Made by a program: the position numbers and the translations under genes. From the NCBI GenBank assembly GCA_043813365.1, contig JBDRLB010000062.1, forward strand, positions 1 to 39,023: a stretch of DNA of 39,023 bases. The letters run 5' to 3'. Numbering within the stretch: the first letter of the stretch is position 1; every line of letters begins with the position of its first letter. The stretch comes from Candidatus Micrarchaeota archaeon. GTDB lineage: Archaea > Micrarchaeota > Micrarchaeia > Norongarragalinales > SBBD01. Shown one piece after another: positions 1 through 8,826 of this stretch. Below the pieces are notes generated by a model that saw only the letters and a list, made by a program, of their open reading frames with translations, was not told the origin of the DNA and made no database searches.

Positions 1-780
1 CATATAGATGTCGGACGCGCGGATCCCCATCCCGTCCAGCACCGCATATTTCAGCAATTCATGCTCGTAAAGCATCTCCAAAATCTCCTGCGTCCTCCCT
101 ACTGCAAAGGAAGGCACGATAACGGATTCCCTCCTTTCCACAGCAGCCTTAATTTTGCCGCAGAACTCCTTCACCAATTTTTTCCTATTCGGGTGCTCCC
201 TGTTCCCGTAAGTGCTCTCCATGATCAGGCAGTCGACTTTTTCCTTCGGGATTTTAGCCCTCCTATGCATCACGGTATCCATCAGGTTGAAATCCCCGGA
301 ATAAAGCAGCCTTCTCCCTTCCGTTTCAAGCAATACCTGCGAGCTTCCGAGTATGTGCCCGGCATCATATAATTTCAAATTTGTGCCGTCGTAGAACTCG
401 TATTCCGTCTCATACGGGATCGCAACAAAGCTCCTGCTCATCCTCTTCAAATCAACTGCATTGAAATATTGCGGTATCCCTTTCTCATCAAGCAGCTTCT
501 GCATGTCCTCTAATAATATGTTCACGAGCGGGATGGAAGGGAAAGTTGTGATTATCGGCGGGTTCGAATGCTTGTAAATCGCAGGCAGGAAACCCGAATG
601 GTCAAGATGCGCATGCGTCAGCGCAATTGCATCCGGCTTCTTGAATTTTTCCTCGGGCAACAGCGGCTTTTTGTCATTCGGCGCAACTCCCGCATCAAGC
701 AAAATGCTTAGCTCGCCGGTTTCGACGCCTATGCAGCTCCTCCCCACTTCCCTTGCTGCGCCGAAATATTGTATATTCAT
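1..780 (-). CDS. MBL-fold metallo-hydrolase, beta-CASP ribonuclease family (partial, runs off the left edge)
   Basis: Translated by hand from the ATG at 780: MNIQYFGAAREVGRSC..., LLDAG, LTHAHLDHSG (HxHxDH) and AGHILG motifs. The start overlaps the stop of the upstream gene (ATGA). Confidence 0.88.
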   Translation of the reverse strand, partial: MNIQYFGAAREVGRSCIGVETGELSILLDAGVAPNDKKPLLPEEKFKKPDAIALTHAHLDHSGFLPAIYKHSNPPIITTFPSIPLVNILLEDMQKLLDEKGIPQYFNAVDLKRMSRSFVAIPYETEYEFYDGTNLKLYDAGHILGSSQVLLETEGRRLLYSGDFNLMDTVMHRRAKIPKEKVDCLIMESTYGNREHPNRKKLVKEFCGKIKAAVERRESVIVPSFAVGRTQEILEMLYEHELLKYAVLDGMGIRASDIYM

Positions 781-1394
781 TTGCGTTCCTTTTTTTGTTT
801 CTTCCCCGATGCCTTAACTGGCAATTTTCGGTCCCTTTTCCCTGCCTTCCCAATACTTGCTGCTTTTGAGTTTTTATAGATGGCCTGCGCCTTCAGCCTG
901 TCCTCCCCGCGCAACTTAATCAGCACAGCGCCCCTATCCGGCTGGCCGTAGACGATAAATGACCCCCGTGGGGCGAACATCATGCACGGGATTGCCGCGA
1001 GGTCCTCCTCCCCATCCACAAGCACTTTCACATTTTCCTTCAGTCTTCCTATAAGTATTGCCTTCGTTGTTCGCATCAATTCTGCGGATATCATCCCGGC
1101 CGGGTTCGTTATTTTTATCAATTTTCCCCTCATGAACAGCAATTCCCTCTTATCCTCTGCCATTATGGGCTTCCTTTTGCAGGTGAAGTCGAAAAAACTC
1201 ACGTCCGGAGTTATGCCGTTCCTCATGAGCAGCAGGGTGGATATGTCCCCCACTGCGATTATGGGCGCCTTTGGATTTTTCAGTGCAGCCAGCAGCTTCC
1301 GGGGCGCCAACAGCTTCCCGAAAGGCCTCTCGAGCGCCTTCCTTATGGATGCAGTAATCAGCCTGTCGCCGGATCCCTGCACGGGTTTATTCAT
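777..1394 (-). CDS. GTP-dependent dephospho-CoA kinase (DUF359 family)
   Basis: Motifs VGD, NPAG, VDGEEDLAAIP and YGQP typical of DUF359. Lys-rich C-terminal tail. Confidence 0.85.
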   Translation of the reverse strand: MNKPVQGSGDRLITASIRKALERPFGKLLAPRKLLAALKNPKAPIIAVGDISTLLLMRNGITPDVSFFDFTCKRKPIMAEDKRELLFMRGKLIKITNPAGMISAELMRTTKAILIGRLKENVKVLVDGEEDLAAIPCMMFAPRGSFIVYGQPDRGAVLIKLRGEDRLKAQAIYKNSKAASIGKAGKRDRKLPVKASGKKQKKERK

Positions 1395-1471
1395 AGGCTA
1401 CCGCCGTGTGCCGCTGGAAACAAGAACAGCTTGCGCTTGTTGAAAATCAGAAAAAAAGAAAAGGGAAAAAA

Positions 1472-1591
1472 TTATTCGTCCGAGCCTCCTTCGTCGTCCT
1501 CATCATCAAGCTCGTCCCAGTCCTCTTCATCCTCCCAGTCCTCCTCATCCTCGTAAAAATCGTCTTCGGGCTTGCGTTTTCCTTTGGGCAT
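1472..1591 (-). CDS. 39-aa hyperacidic small protein (MPKGKRKPEDDFYEDEEDWEDEEDWDELDDEDDEGGSDE)
   Basis: Not in the ORF track. AGGTGA ribosome-binding site just upstream of the ATG, TTTATAAA TATA-like box at about 1639-1646, and a T-rich tract after the stop. Confidence 0.7.
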   Translation of the reverse strand: MPKGKRKPEDDFYEDEEDWEDEEDWDELDDEDDEGGSDE

Positions 1592-1684
1592 GGACTTTCA
1601 CCTCAGCATAAAAAGTGCTAATCCAATACTGCTTCTGGTTTATAAACCTATCTTGGCCTGAAAGGCGCGAAGCTGCGAGGTAAA

Positions 1685-2230
1685 TCAGCCCATTTCGAGC
1701 AGCTTTTCTTGAGGCATGTTTTTCAGCCACCGCACCTGCTTCATTTTCCGGGTTTTTTTGAACCTTTTTATTTCCCAAAGCGCCGTTTTTGCGGCACACT
1801 TCCTTGTTGCTACTATCTGCAGCACCTTCCCCATTCCGAAATTATGGATCGCATTGATGAGGCAGTAATCCAGCGCTTCGGACATCACATTATCATTGAC
1901 TTTCCAAACCGGGTATCCCCTTTTCCGCAGCCGCTTCGCCAGCTCATCCGGTTCGCACCTCATCACGATTACAAGGTCGCATGGAAGCTTCAAATCAGAG
2001 AGGAGATGGCTTTCGAGGATGATGCTTTTTTCCTTCCGGAGCATTTTCCGTAGCAATTTTCCCAATTTCCCGAAATCCGCTACATGTTCCCCATTCTCAA
2101 TATGCGAATACAGTTTCCTCTCACGGATCAGCCTGTTTACCTCAACCGCTTCGCATCCCAGCTCCTTTGCGAGCCCTTTGGAAATGCTGGTTTTGCCAGT
2201 GCCCGGCGTGCCGGTTATTATAAGCCTCAT
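1685..2230 (-). CDS. Adenylate kinase, AK6/Fap7-like atypical family
   Basis: Walker A GTPGTGKT, ILESH motif and LAKRLRKRGY...KVNDNV..E segment. Confidence 0.85.
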   Translation of the reverse strand: MRLIITGTPGTGKTSISKGLAKELGCEAVEVNRLIRERKLYSHIENGEHVADFGKLGKLLRKMLRKEKSIILESHLLSDLKLPCDLVIVMRCEPDELAKRLRKRGYPVWKVNDNVMSEALDYCLINAIHNFGMGKVLQIVATRKCAAKTALWEIKRFKKTRKMKQVRWLKNMPQEKLLEMG

Positions 2231-2303
2231 GCGACTTCCGTATACACTCTAAACAACGGTATTTTTAAGTTTGTGAGAGTGTTCAATAACGGGGAGGTAA
2301 GAC

Positions 2304-3041
2304 ATGTCTTTTTCAGAGGTCCTGAACCATACTTTCGAAGCGTACAAGCAGAACTTCAGGCTGATCTCATTCTTTTCCGTTCCCTTCGTATTCGTATTCT
2401 TCCTTTCCGTGTTCCTGCCCAATTTCGTCTCCTTGTCGGGGATATTCCTGCGGTATGGAAGCATCCAGACGGACCTAACGAGCTGGGATACATTCGTCAT
2501 TGTCGCAGCTTTCCTCGTCTCGCTCGCATTGTTCTCCTTTGCGCTTGTAATGGTAAACATGTCCGTGAAGGCGCAGCGAACGCTCAAGAAGCTCTCCCAC
2601 TATGACAACGAGAAAATCGAGATCAACGTCATGCGGATGTTCACAATTTTCCTTGCAGTGTTCGTGATGACCCTGCTGGTGAACCTCTTCCTTTACGATT
2701 ACCAGCTTACATCATCCCTCGGGCTCTTCTTTTCGCTCTTAATTTCTCTTGCGGTGATTTTCGTCCCCCAAGCAATTGTAATCGACGATCTGAGCATCAC
2801 GAATGCAGTTTACATGAGCATCTCCGTCGTATTCCGGAGGTTCACGTACTTCCTCGCGTTCCTTCTAATCGCATCCGGTCTTGTGCTGCTCAACACGCAG
2901 CTCTTCCTTGAGATAGGGAATTCCGTCCCCAATGCGCGCTATTTTGCAGTGCTTATCAATGCGCTCATCATCCTTCCCTTCCTGGAAGTGATGAAGGTCC
3001 AGATCTACCTGAGCAAGTACACCGTCCTTCGGACCGCTTGA
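2304..3041 (+). CDS. Multi-pass membrane protein, unknown function
   Basis: About six hydrophobic segments, GGAGG RBS and an upstream TTTTTAA box. Confidence 0.75.
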   Translation: MSFSEVLNHTFEAYKQNFRLISFFSVPFVFVFFLSVFLPNFVSLSGIFLRYGSIQTDLTSWDTFVIVAAFLVSLALFSFALVMVNMSVKAQRTLKKLSHYDNEKIEINVMRMFTIFLAVFVMTLLVNLFLYDYQLTSSLGLFFSLLISLAVIFVPQAIVIDDLSITNAVYMSISVVFRRFTYFLAFLLIASGLVLLNTQLFLEIGNSVPNARYFAVLINALIILPFLEVMKVQIYLSKYTVLRTA

Positions 3042-3185
3042 TTTTCGCCTAATTCCTGAAGATCATTTCATCTGCATTTTGCGTCCAAACCTCCCGCTTG
3101 CGATAGTTTTTTTCCCAATGCCATGAGTTTCCCGCTTTTTCTCACTCACATATATAAACCCATTGTTGCCTTCAATATAGCTCCT

Positions 3186-5252
3186 ATGGCAAAGCAGAAA
3201 GTGCAGCTGATAATTGCGGAAAAGCCGAAAGCAGCAGAAAAAATAGCGCACGCGATCTCTCCTTCAGCAAAAATGCACAACCTCCACGGGGTCAACTATT
3301 TCGAGCTTGAGCTTGCAGGAATGAAGGTGTATGTTGCGCCGGCGGTTGGCCATATTTACACGCTTGCACAAAAGGAAAAGGGCGCAGCCTATCCCGTATT
3401 CGACATCGAATGGAAGGAAGCGCACGAGATCAACGAATCTTCCAGCTTCACCAAAAAATACCTTCTGCTTATAAAGAAGCTCGCAAAGGAAGCGAACGAG
3501 CTCGTATCCGCTTGCGATTATGACATCGAGGGCAGCCTCATCGCAGGGAACATTATCCAACATGTCGGAAAAGGGAAGCCCGCAAAAAGGATGCTCTTCT
3601 CCACGCTCACGGCAGATGAGCTGAAGGATGCTTATGAAAACCTTACTCCGCTTGATGTCACCTCCATCGCTGCGGGAGAAGCGCGCCATATTCTCGATTA
3701 TTATTGGGGGATTAATACGAGCAGGGCGCTGATGGCAGCTATAAAAAGCGCAGGAAGGTTCCGGATAATGAGCATCGGCAGGGTGCAGGGGCCTGCTTTA
3801 TCCATTCTTGCCCACAAGGAAAAGGAAATTTCCGCTTTCAAGCCGCAGAAATACTTGGAAGTGCATGCGTTTGCAAAGAGAACGGATTTCATCCATGAGA
3901 AGGGGCGTTTTTTCGAAATTGAGGAGGGCGAAAAGGCTTACCGGGAGTGCAAGAACGAAAAAACCGGCATGATAACTGGCGTAATTCGCAGGAAATTCAA
4001 GCAACTGCAGCCCGTGCCCTTCGACCTTACCACTTTGCAGGTGGAATCTTACAGGAATTTCGGGTTCTCGCCAACGCGCACATTGCAGCTGGCGCAATCG
4101 CTTTATGATGATGCATTGATTTCATACCCGCGCACTTCCTCGCAGAAGCTGCCCTCGAAATTGGGGCTGAAAAAAATCATCGAAATGGTCGGGAAGAACC
4201 CACTCTACTCGAAATTCACCTCGCAATTGATTTCACAAAACCGTACTACCCCCCACGAGGGCGAAAAGGTCGATTCGGCGCACGTTGCAATTTACCCAAC
4301 TGGCCAGCTGGCGAACCGCATAGCAGCGGACGAAGCCAAATTGTATGATCTCATAGTGAAGCGCTTCCTTTCCACGTTCGCCTCCCCCGCAATAAGGGAA
4401 AGCATGAAAGTGACGCTCCAGATTGCAAATAACAATTTCCTCGCAGACGGCACGCGCACCCTGGAGGAGGGTTGGTTCGCTTTCTATAGGCCATATTTGC
4501 ATCTGGAGGAAATTATCCTGCCCGAATTCAAGGAGAGTGAAAATGTCGCAATTGAAAAAGTTGAAAAGCTGGAAAAAGAAACCCAGCCTCCTAGGAGATA
4601 TACCCCTGCATCCATCATCAGGGAGCTCGAGCGCCAGAATCTGGGCACCAAAGCCACGCGTTCGGTTGTAGTTGACACGCTTTTCAACCGCGCCTACCTT
4701 TCGGACAAGAAATCAATCAAAGTCACGCAGTTTGGGATGGCGGTTTATGATGCACTTTCGGAGAATGTGCCCGAAATTACCAATGAGACGCTCACGCGCG
4801 AATTCGAGGAGAAGGTGGAGAAGATCGAGAAGGGGGAAATAAAGGGCGACTCGGTAATTGCGGAAGGCAAGAAAATAATCACCAAAATTCTGGATGAATT
4901 CAGGGAGAATGAGGAAAAAGTGGGGAAGCAGCTGCTTAAGGGACACGATGTTGCCCAGAAAGCAGCCAGCATTCTTGGGAAATGCAACCTTTGCAAATCA
5001 GGGAACCTGCAAATCCGGAGGAGCAAGTTCGGCTTTTTTGTTGGGTGCAGTAGCTACCCCAATTGCAAGAACATATTCCCGCTTCCCAGAAATGCACTGA
5101 TTGAAGCCAAGGGCACTGTCTGCAAGGTTTGTGGCGTGCCGGAGATTAAAGTGATCCGTAAAGGAAAACGACCTTGGGAGATGTGCCTTAATCCTTCGTG
5201 TCCCACAAAAGAGAATTGGTCTAAAAAATCATTTAAATCTCCAGAAAGTTAG
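3186..5252 (+). CDS. topA: DNA topoisomerase type IA with C-terminal zinc ribbons
   Basis: TOPRIM AEKP and DYDIEG, GRVQ, catalytic SYPRT, LGTKATR and C-terminal CxxC motifs. Start placed at MAKQK, downstream of TATATAAA. Confidence 0.95.
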   Translation: MAKQKVQLIIAEKPKAAEKIAHAISPSAKMHNLHGVNYFELELAGMKVYVAPAVGHIYTLAQKEKGAAYPVFDIEWKEAHEINESSSFTKKYLLLIKKLAKEANELVSACDYDIEGSLIAGNIIQHVGKGKPAKRMLFSTLTADELKDAYENLTPLDVTSIAAGEARHILDYYWGINTSRALMAAIKSAGRFRIMSIGRVQGPALSILAHKEKEISAFKPQKYLEVHAFAKRTDFIHEKGRFFEIEEGEKAYRECKNEKTGMITGVIRRKFKQLQPVPFDLTTLQVESYRNFGFSPTRTLQLAQSLYDDALISYPRTSSQKLPSKLGLKKIIEMVGKNPLYSKFTSQLISQNRTTPHEGEKVDSAHVAIYPTGQLANRIAADEAKLYDLIVKRFLSTFASPAIRESMKVTLQIANNNFLADGTRTLEEGWFAFYRPYLHLEEIILPEFKESENVAIEKVEKLEKETQPPRRYTPASIIRELERQNLGTKATRSVVVDTLFNRAYLSDKKSIKVTQFGMAVYDALSENVPEITNETLTREFEEKVEKIEKGEIKGDSVIAEGKKIITKILDEFRENEEKVGKQLLKGHDVAQKAASILGKCNLCKSGNLQIRRSKFGFFVGCSSYPNCKNIFPLPRNALIEAKGTVCKVCGVPEIKVIRKGKRPWEMCLNPSCPTKENWSKKSFKSPES

Positions 5253-5790
5253 CAATTTTGTTTATTTCGCTCTCTGAAATAGGATTCCAGTAGAACTCGT
5301 AAATAAAAAATGTTTTCAAGAACTCAACCATTGGGATGCTTAATATACTGCACGTGCTTTCCCCATAGGAAACCGCTTTTAGTTTAAACAATTTTTCGAC
5401 TTTTTTCGCATCACCGTGCACAAGCAAAACTCCTTTTCCGCTCTCAAGGAATTTTTCTATTTACGGCTTCACTTTATTTCCAGCTACAACTTGGAATGGT
5501 ATGCCGGCTTTCTGCAAATTAGCCTTTGAAAGCTCAAGCATTTGAGGGGAAATTTCAAGTGCTACTACTTTACTTCCTTTTCTTGCTAACGGAATTAGAT
5601 GTTGGCTTGTTCCGGCTCCTATATAGAGGACATTGCCATTCATCGCATCGAGCTTCTCCTGCTCCCTTGTCCTGAAATTTGTAAGCTTCGGAACTCCGGT
5701 TTTCCCTTCATCAATTGCCCGCTCGAACTCATTGTAGCGGCCGGCATTGGAATTGTAGAACTCTCTTGAGCCTTTGAATAAAGGAGCCAT
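5233..5790 (-). pseudogene. Disrupted class I SAM-dependent methyltransferase
   Basis: Motif I VLYIGAGTS and VVALEISPQML. An in-frame TAA at 5461-5463 is followed by an open continuation in the same frame (IEKFLESGKGVLLVHGDAKK...) to 5233. Confidence 0.65.
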
Positions 5791-5838
5791 AAGTTGTTTT
5801 CCTTCGCAATGAATAAATAGCTAAGCTAATCCGCCATT

Positions 5839-6170
5839 CGTTCCAGTTCCCGCCAATCTCGCTGCTTCTCCTTTCCATGCTCTCGCGGGTTCCAACTTAA
5901 GCCTTATCCCTCCTTTAAGGAGGACCGCTGCGTCGCTCACCTTCACTACCGCTACGGTTCACGTCGCAACGCTAAAGGCATAAGGGAACGCCGCTCGCCA
6001 ACGGACGCTTGAAGTCGAATCAGCTTCGATTTGGCTTCTTAATAGGACCTTCCGCTCACATCAGACGGAAGAATTGCTTAGTTGTAGATTCAATTGAGCA
6101 AAGCTTGCCTGAAGACAAGAACGCTAAAGTCAGGCAGGCAGCCTTACGCAACCCAAAGACAACGCGCTAA
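5839..6170 (+). ncRNA. Putative structured non-coding element (tandem hairpins), family unknown
   Basis: At least six stems, e.g. CCTCCT/AGGAGG, AAGTCGAA/TTCGATTT, CTTCCG/CGGAAG, TTGCTTAGTTG/CAATTGAGCAA and GCTTGCCTGA/TCAGGCAGGC. The imperfect pairs are G-T on the + strand. Confidence 0.45.
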
Positions 6171-6207
6171 AATAACTCTTTTTAAATCACCCCTGCGAAT
6201 CTGTATT

Positions 6208-7596
6208 ATGGTCAAGCAAGAACTCTTATACGAACGGATTTTCTCCGAAATAGCCCTAAGGGTCTCCCCAACTGCGAAGGAGGCTGCAATGGAAAAGGAA
6301 TTTGCTGAAGGGATTAGAAAAAAGCTCCAGAAGGCGCTCGGAAAAAAGGCAAATCTGTTTTTCGTAGGCTCCACCGCAAGGGACACCGGCATCCGGGGCG
6401 ATAGGGACATTGATATTTTCGTTGCGTTCCCGAAAGGAAAAAGCAAGGAGGAGATAGTCAAAACAACCATTACGACTGTGAAGCGCATCCTTCCCGCTAA
6501 ATGGGAAATGCATTATGCGGAACACCCGTATTTGCAGGCGAAATTGGGCAATTTCAAGGTGGAAATTGTTCCGTGCTTCAAGATAAAGGTAAACGAGGGG
6601 ATAATTTCCGCAGTTGACAGGACCCCTCTGCATGCGCTTTATTTGCAAAAACACCTCACGCAGAAGCAAAAAAGGGATGTGCGGGTCCTGAAGGCACTGC
6701 TTAAAGCGCACGAAATCTATGGGGCAGAATTGGAAATCGAGGGTTTTTCAGGCTTGGTTTGCGAATACTTGGTGCTTAATTACAGGTCGCTTTCCATCCT
6801 CCTTTCAGAAGCATCCAAATGGAAGCCACCCGTCATCTTAGATATCGAGGACTATTATGACCAGCAATACGAGCCCCTCATTCAAAAGTACAAAAGCCCG
6901 CTGATAATAATCGATTTCATTGACAGGAACCGGAATGCTGCTGCTGCGATAAGCAGGAAAAGCTTCGACAAGTTCGTTTCGCTTTCAAAAGCGTTCCTCT
7001 CAAACCCGTCTGAAAAATGGTTCAGGAAGCCCGAAATCACCTTCACGGAAAAGGAACTAACTGCGGCAATAATGAAGCGGAATTTCCTCCTATTGAAAAT
7101 GAGGAAGCCCTCCAATTTGGTGGATGATATAATAATTCCACAGTTGAGAAAAAGTGAACGGGCCTTGGCAACACAGCTTGAGCTCGCTGATTTCGAAGTG
7201 GAGCAAACAGCATCATTCCAAAACGAAAATGAAAGCTATATCCTGCTGGATATGCGGGCGTTAATCCTTCCAACAAAAAAAACCATATTTGGCCCCCCTG
7301 TTGAAATGGAGGAAAACGTAGGGCGGTTCATGGCCGCGCATCCTAAACCAATAAAGGGCCCCTACAAAACCAAAGGGAGGCTCGCTGTTGATATTAAGCG
7401 CAAAAGCCCCGATGCCGCAAAGCTTCTTGCAATGCTGATACGGAATCCCGCTTCAGCAGGGGTAGCATCCCATTTCATAAAGCCGATGAATTCCGCGAGG
7501 CTGTTATCGGGGCATAATTTATTATATGAGCTTAAAAAGAATAGCTACTTGCAAGTAAAAATTGCCGAACTTCTTTTTTCAAAGCCGATAAGGTAA
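6208..7596 (+). CDS. cca: CCA-adding enzyme (class I tRNA nucleotidyltransferase)
   Basis: GSTARDT...DIDIF, YAEHPY, SAVDRTPLH, YGAE and GFSGLVCE motifs. Start moved to MVKQ, behind a TTTTTAAA box. Confidence 0.95.
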   Translation: MVKQELLYERIFSEIALRVSPTAKEAAMEKEFAEGIRKKLQKALGKKANLFFVGSTARDTGIRGDRDIDIFVAFPKGKSKEEIVKTTITTVKRILPAKWEMHYAEHPYLQAKLGNFKVEIVPCFKIKVNEGIISAVDRTPLHALYLQKHLTQKQKRDVRVLKALLKAHEIYGAELEIEGFSGLVCEYLVLNYRSLSILLSEASKWKPPVILDIEDYYDQQYEPLIQKYKSPLIIIDFIDRNRNAAAAISRKSFDKFVSLSKAFLSNPSEKWFRKPEITFTEKELTAAIMKRNFLLLKMRKPSNLVDDIIIPQLRKSERALATQLELADFEVEQTASFQNENESYILLDMRALILPTKKTIFGPPVEMEENVGRFMAAHPKPIKGPYKTKGRLAVDIKRKSPDAAKLLAMLIRNPASAGVASHFIKPMNSARLLSGHNLLYELKKNSYLQVKIAELLFSKPIR

Positions 7597-7613
7597 ACGA
7601 TGGTGATCTGTAT

Positions 7614-7949
7614 ATGGGAAAAATACTGGTATCAACTTTGCAGTCAATTGAAGGCTATTCCATGAAGGAGCACAAAGGGCTGGTATGGACGAGCAGCGCG
7701 AGGAGCAAGAACGTGCTGCAGGATTTCACCGCGCTTACAAAAAGCCTGACCGGGGGGGAAACGAAGCACTTCCGCGATTTGCTCCACGATGCACGCAATG
7801 ACATTGTCAACGGGCTTGCGGAGCAGGCCAAATCAATCGGCGCAAACGCGGTGTTGGGGGTGCAGATGGGCTCGACGCAAATCTCCCCTGCCATAATGGA
7901 CATTTTCGCCTACGGATCCGCCGTTGTCCTCGAAAAAAGGAAAAAATGA
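7614..7949 (+). CDS. YbjQ/UPF0145 family protein
   Basis: GGE...AR...A..IGANAVLGV...AYGSAV pattern. Confidence 0.9.
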   Translation: MGKILVSTLQSIEGYSMKEHKGLVWTSSARSKNVLQDFTALTKSLTGGETKHFRDLLHDARNDIVNGLAEQAKSIGANAVLGVQMGSTQISPAIMDIFAYGSAVVLEKRKK

Positions 7950-8034
7950 ACGGATCTGGTTTTTTTCAAGACGGTTGAAGCAGGATCCCTTCCAGAGCGA
8001 AATCTTTTATAACAACGGAAGTGTTTCCATACTT

Positions 8035-8826
8035 ATGAAACCTATTGGCGTCTTCGTGCTCGCTATCCTGCTCGCATCCTTTGCCCATTCGGCCGAAGAG
8101 CCGCTATCAGAAGAGAACCTGTTTCCGCCATCTTATGAGGAGCTAATGAATAATATGACCCAGATTTTTGCGATTGAGAACGAAACCCTGGGGCTGGCGC
8201 CTTATTTCAATAACGACGTCGTGGAAAGCGATTCGATTCTTTCAGCCGAGATCCCCCTTTCCATTTCGGCACGGGAAATCACAACCTTCCAATGCATCGG
8301 CCCCACCATCGGCCAGAAGTGCGAATGCCAGCCCAACATCAATAAAAACCGCCCGGATGAGATGTACTGCGAGTTCCGCCCGCCGGTTTCCGGTTATTAC
8401 TACATCTACATCGAATCAAAAACCAGGAATGCATATGGAAATTTCACCATCAATTTGGAGAAGGGAAAGCCCCCGGTCGTGATCATGCCGGAAAGGGGCG
8501 GCATATCAACCGAGCTGGTGAGGTTTGCGCTGATTTTCGCGTTCCTTACCGTTTTTTCATACGTCGCATATTTTGCGTACAAATTCGCAATGCGCAAGCG
8601 CGATGCGATGAACAGGCTGTATGACGCCCGCCAGAAAACCGAAGACGACATGAAGGTGCTGCGCTACAGGTTCTTCAAGCGGGAAATCGATGCGAACACT
8701 TACAATACCGTATTCAAGCAGAAGGAGCAGGAACTGGCCGTCATTAACGGGCGCATACTGAAATCCCTGAAAAGCAGGGAGAAGAAAAAGCCAGAAGGGA
8801 CGCCGCAGCCGGAAAAAAACCAGTAG
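8035..8826 (+). CDS. Membrane-anchored protein: signal peptide, Cys-containing extracellular domain, TM helix, SHOCT-like tail
   Basis: MKPIGVFVLAILLASFAHS signal peptide, four Cys, a C-terminal TM helix and LRYRFFKREIDANTY. Confidence 0.7.
   Translation: MKPIGVFVLAILLASFAHSAEEPLSEENLFPPSYEELMNNMTQIFAIENETLGLAPYFNNDVVESDSILSAEIPLSISAREITTFQCIGPTIGQKCECQPNINKNRPDEMYCEFRPPVSGYYYIYIESKTRNAYGNFTINLEKGKPPVVIMPERGGISTELVRFALIFAFLTVFSYVAYFAYKFAMRKRDAMNRLYDARQKTEDDMKVLRYRFFKREIDANTYNTVFKQKEQELAVINGRILKSLKSREKKKPEGTPQPEKNQ

Noticed and set aside
5839..6170. RNase P RNA, SRP RNA, group II intron or CRISPR array as the identity of the hairpin region
   Set aside because: I found no GAGGAAAGUCC-type P4 motif, SRP helix 8 motif, domain V consensus or regularly spaced repeats on either strand.
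6094..6207. N-terminal extension of cca given by the ORF track (TTG at 6094)
   Set aside because: It runs through the hairpin element. A TATA-like box at about 6178-6186 supports the ATG at 6208.
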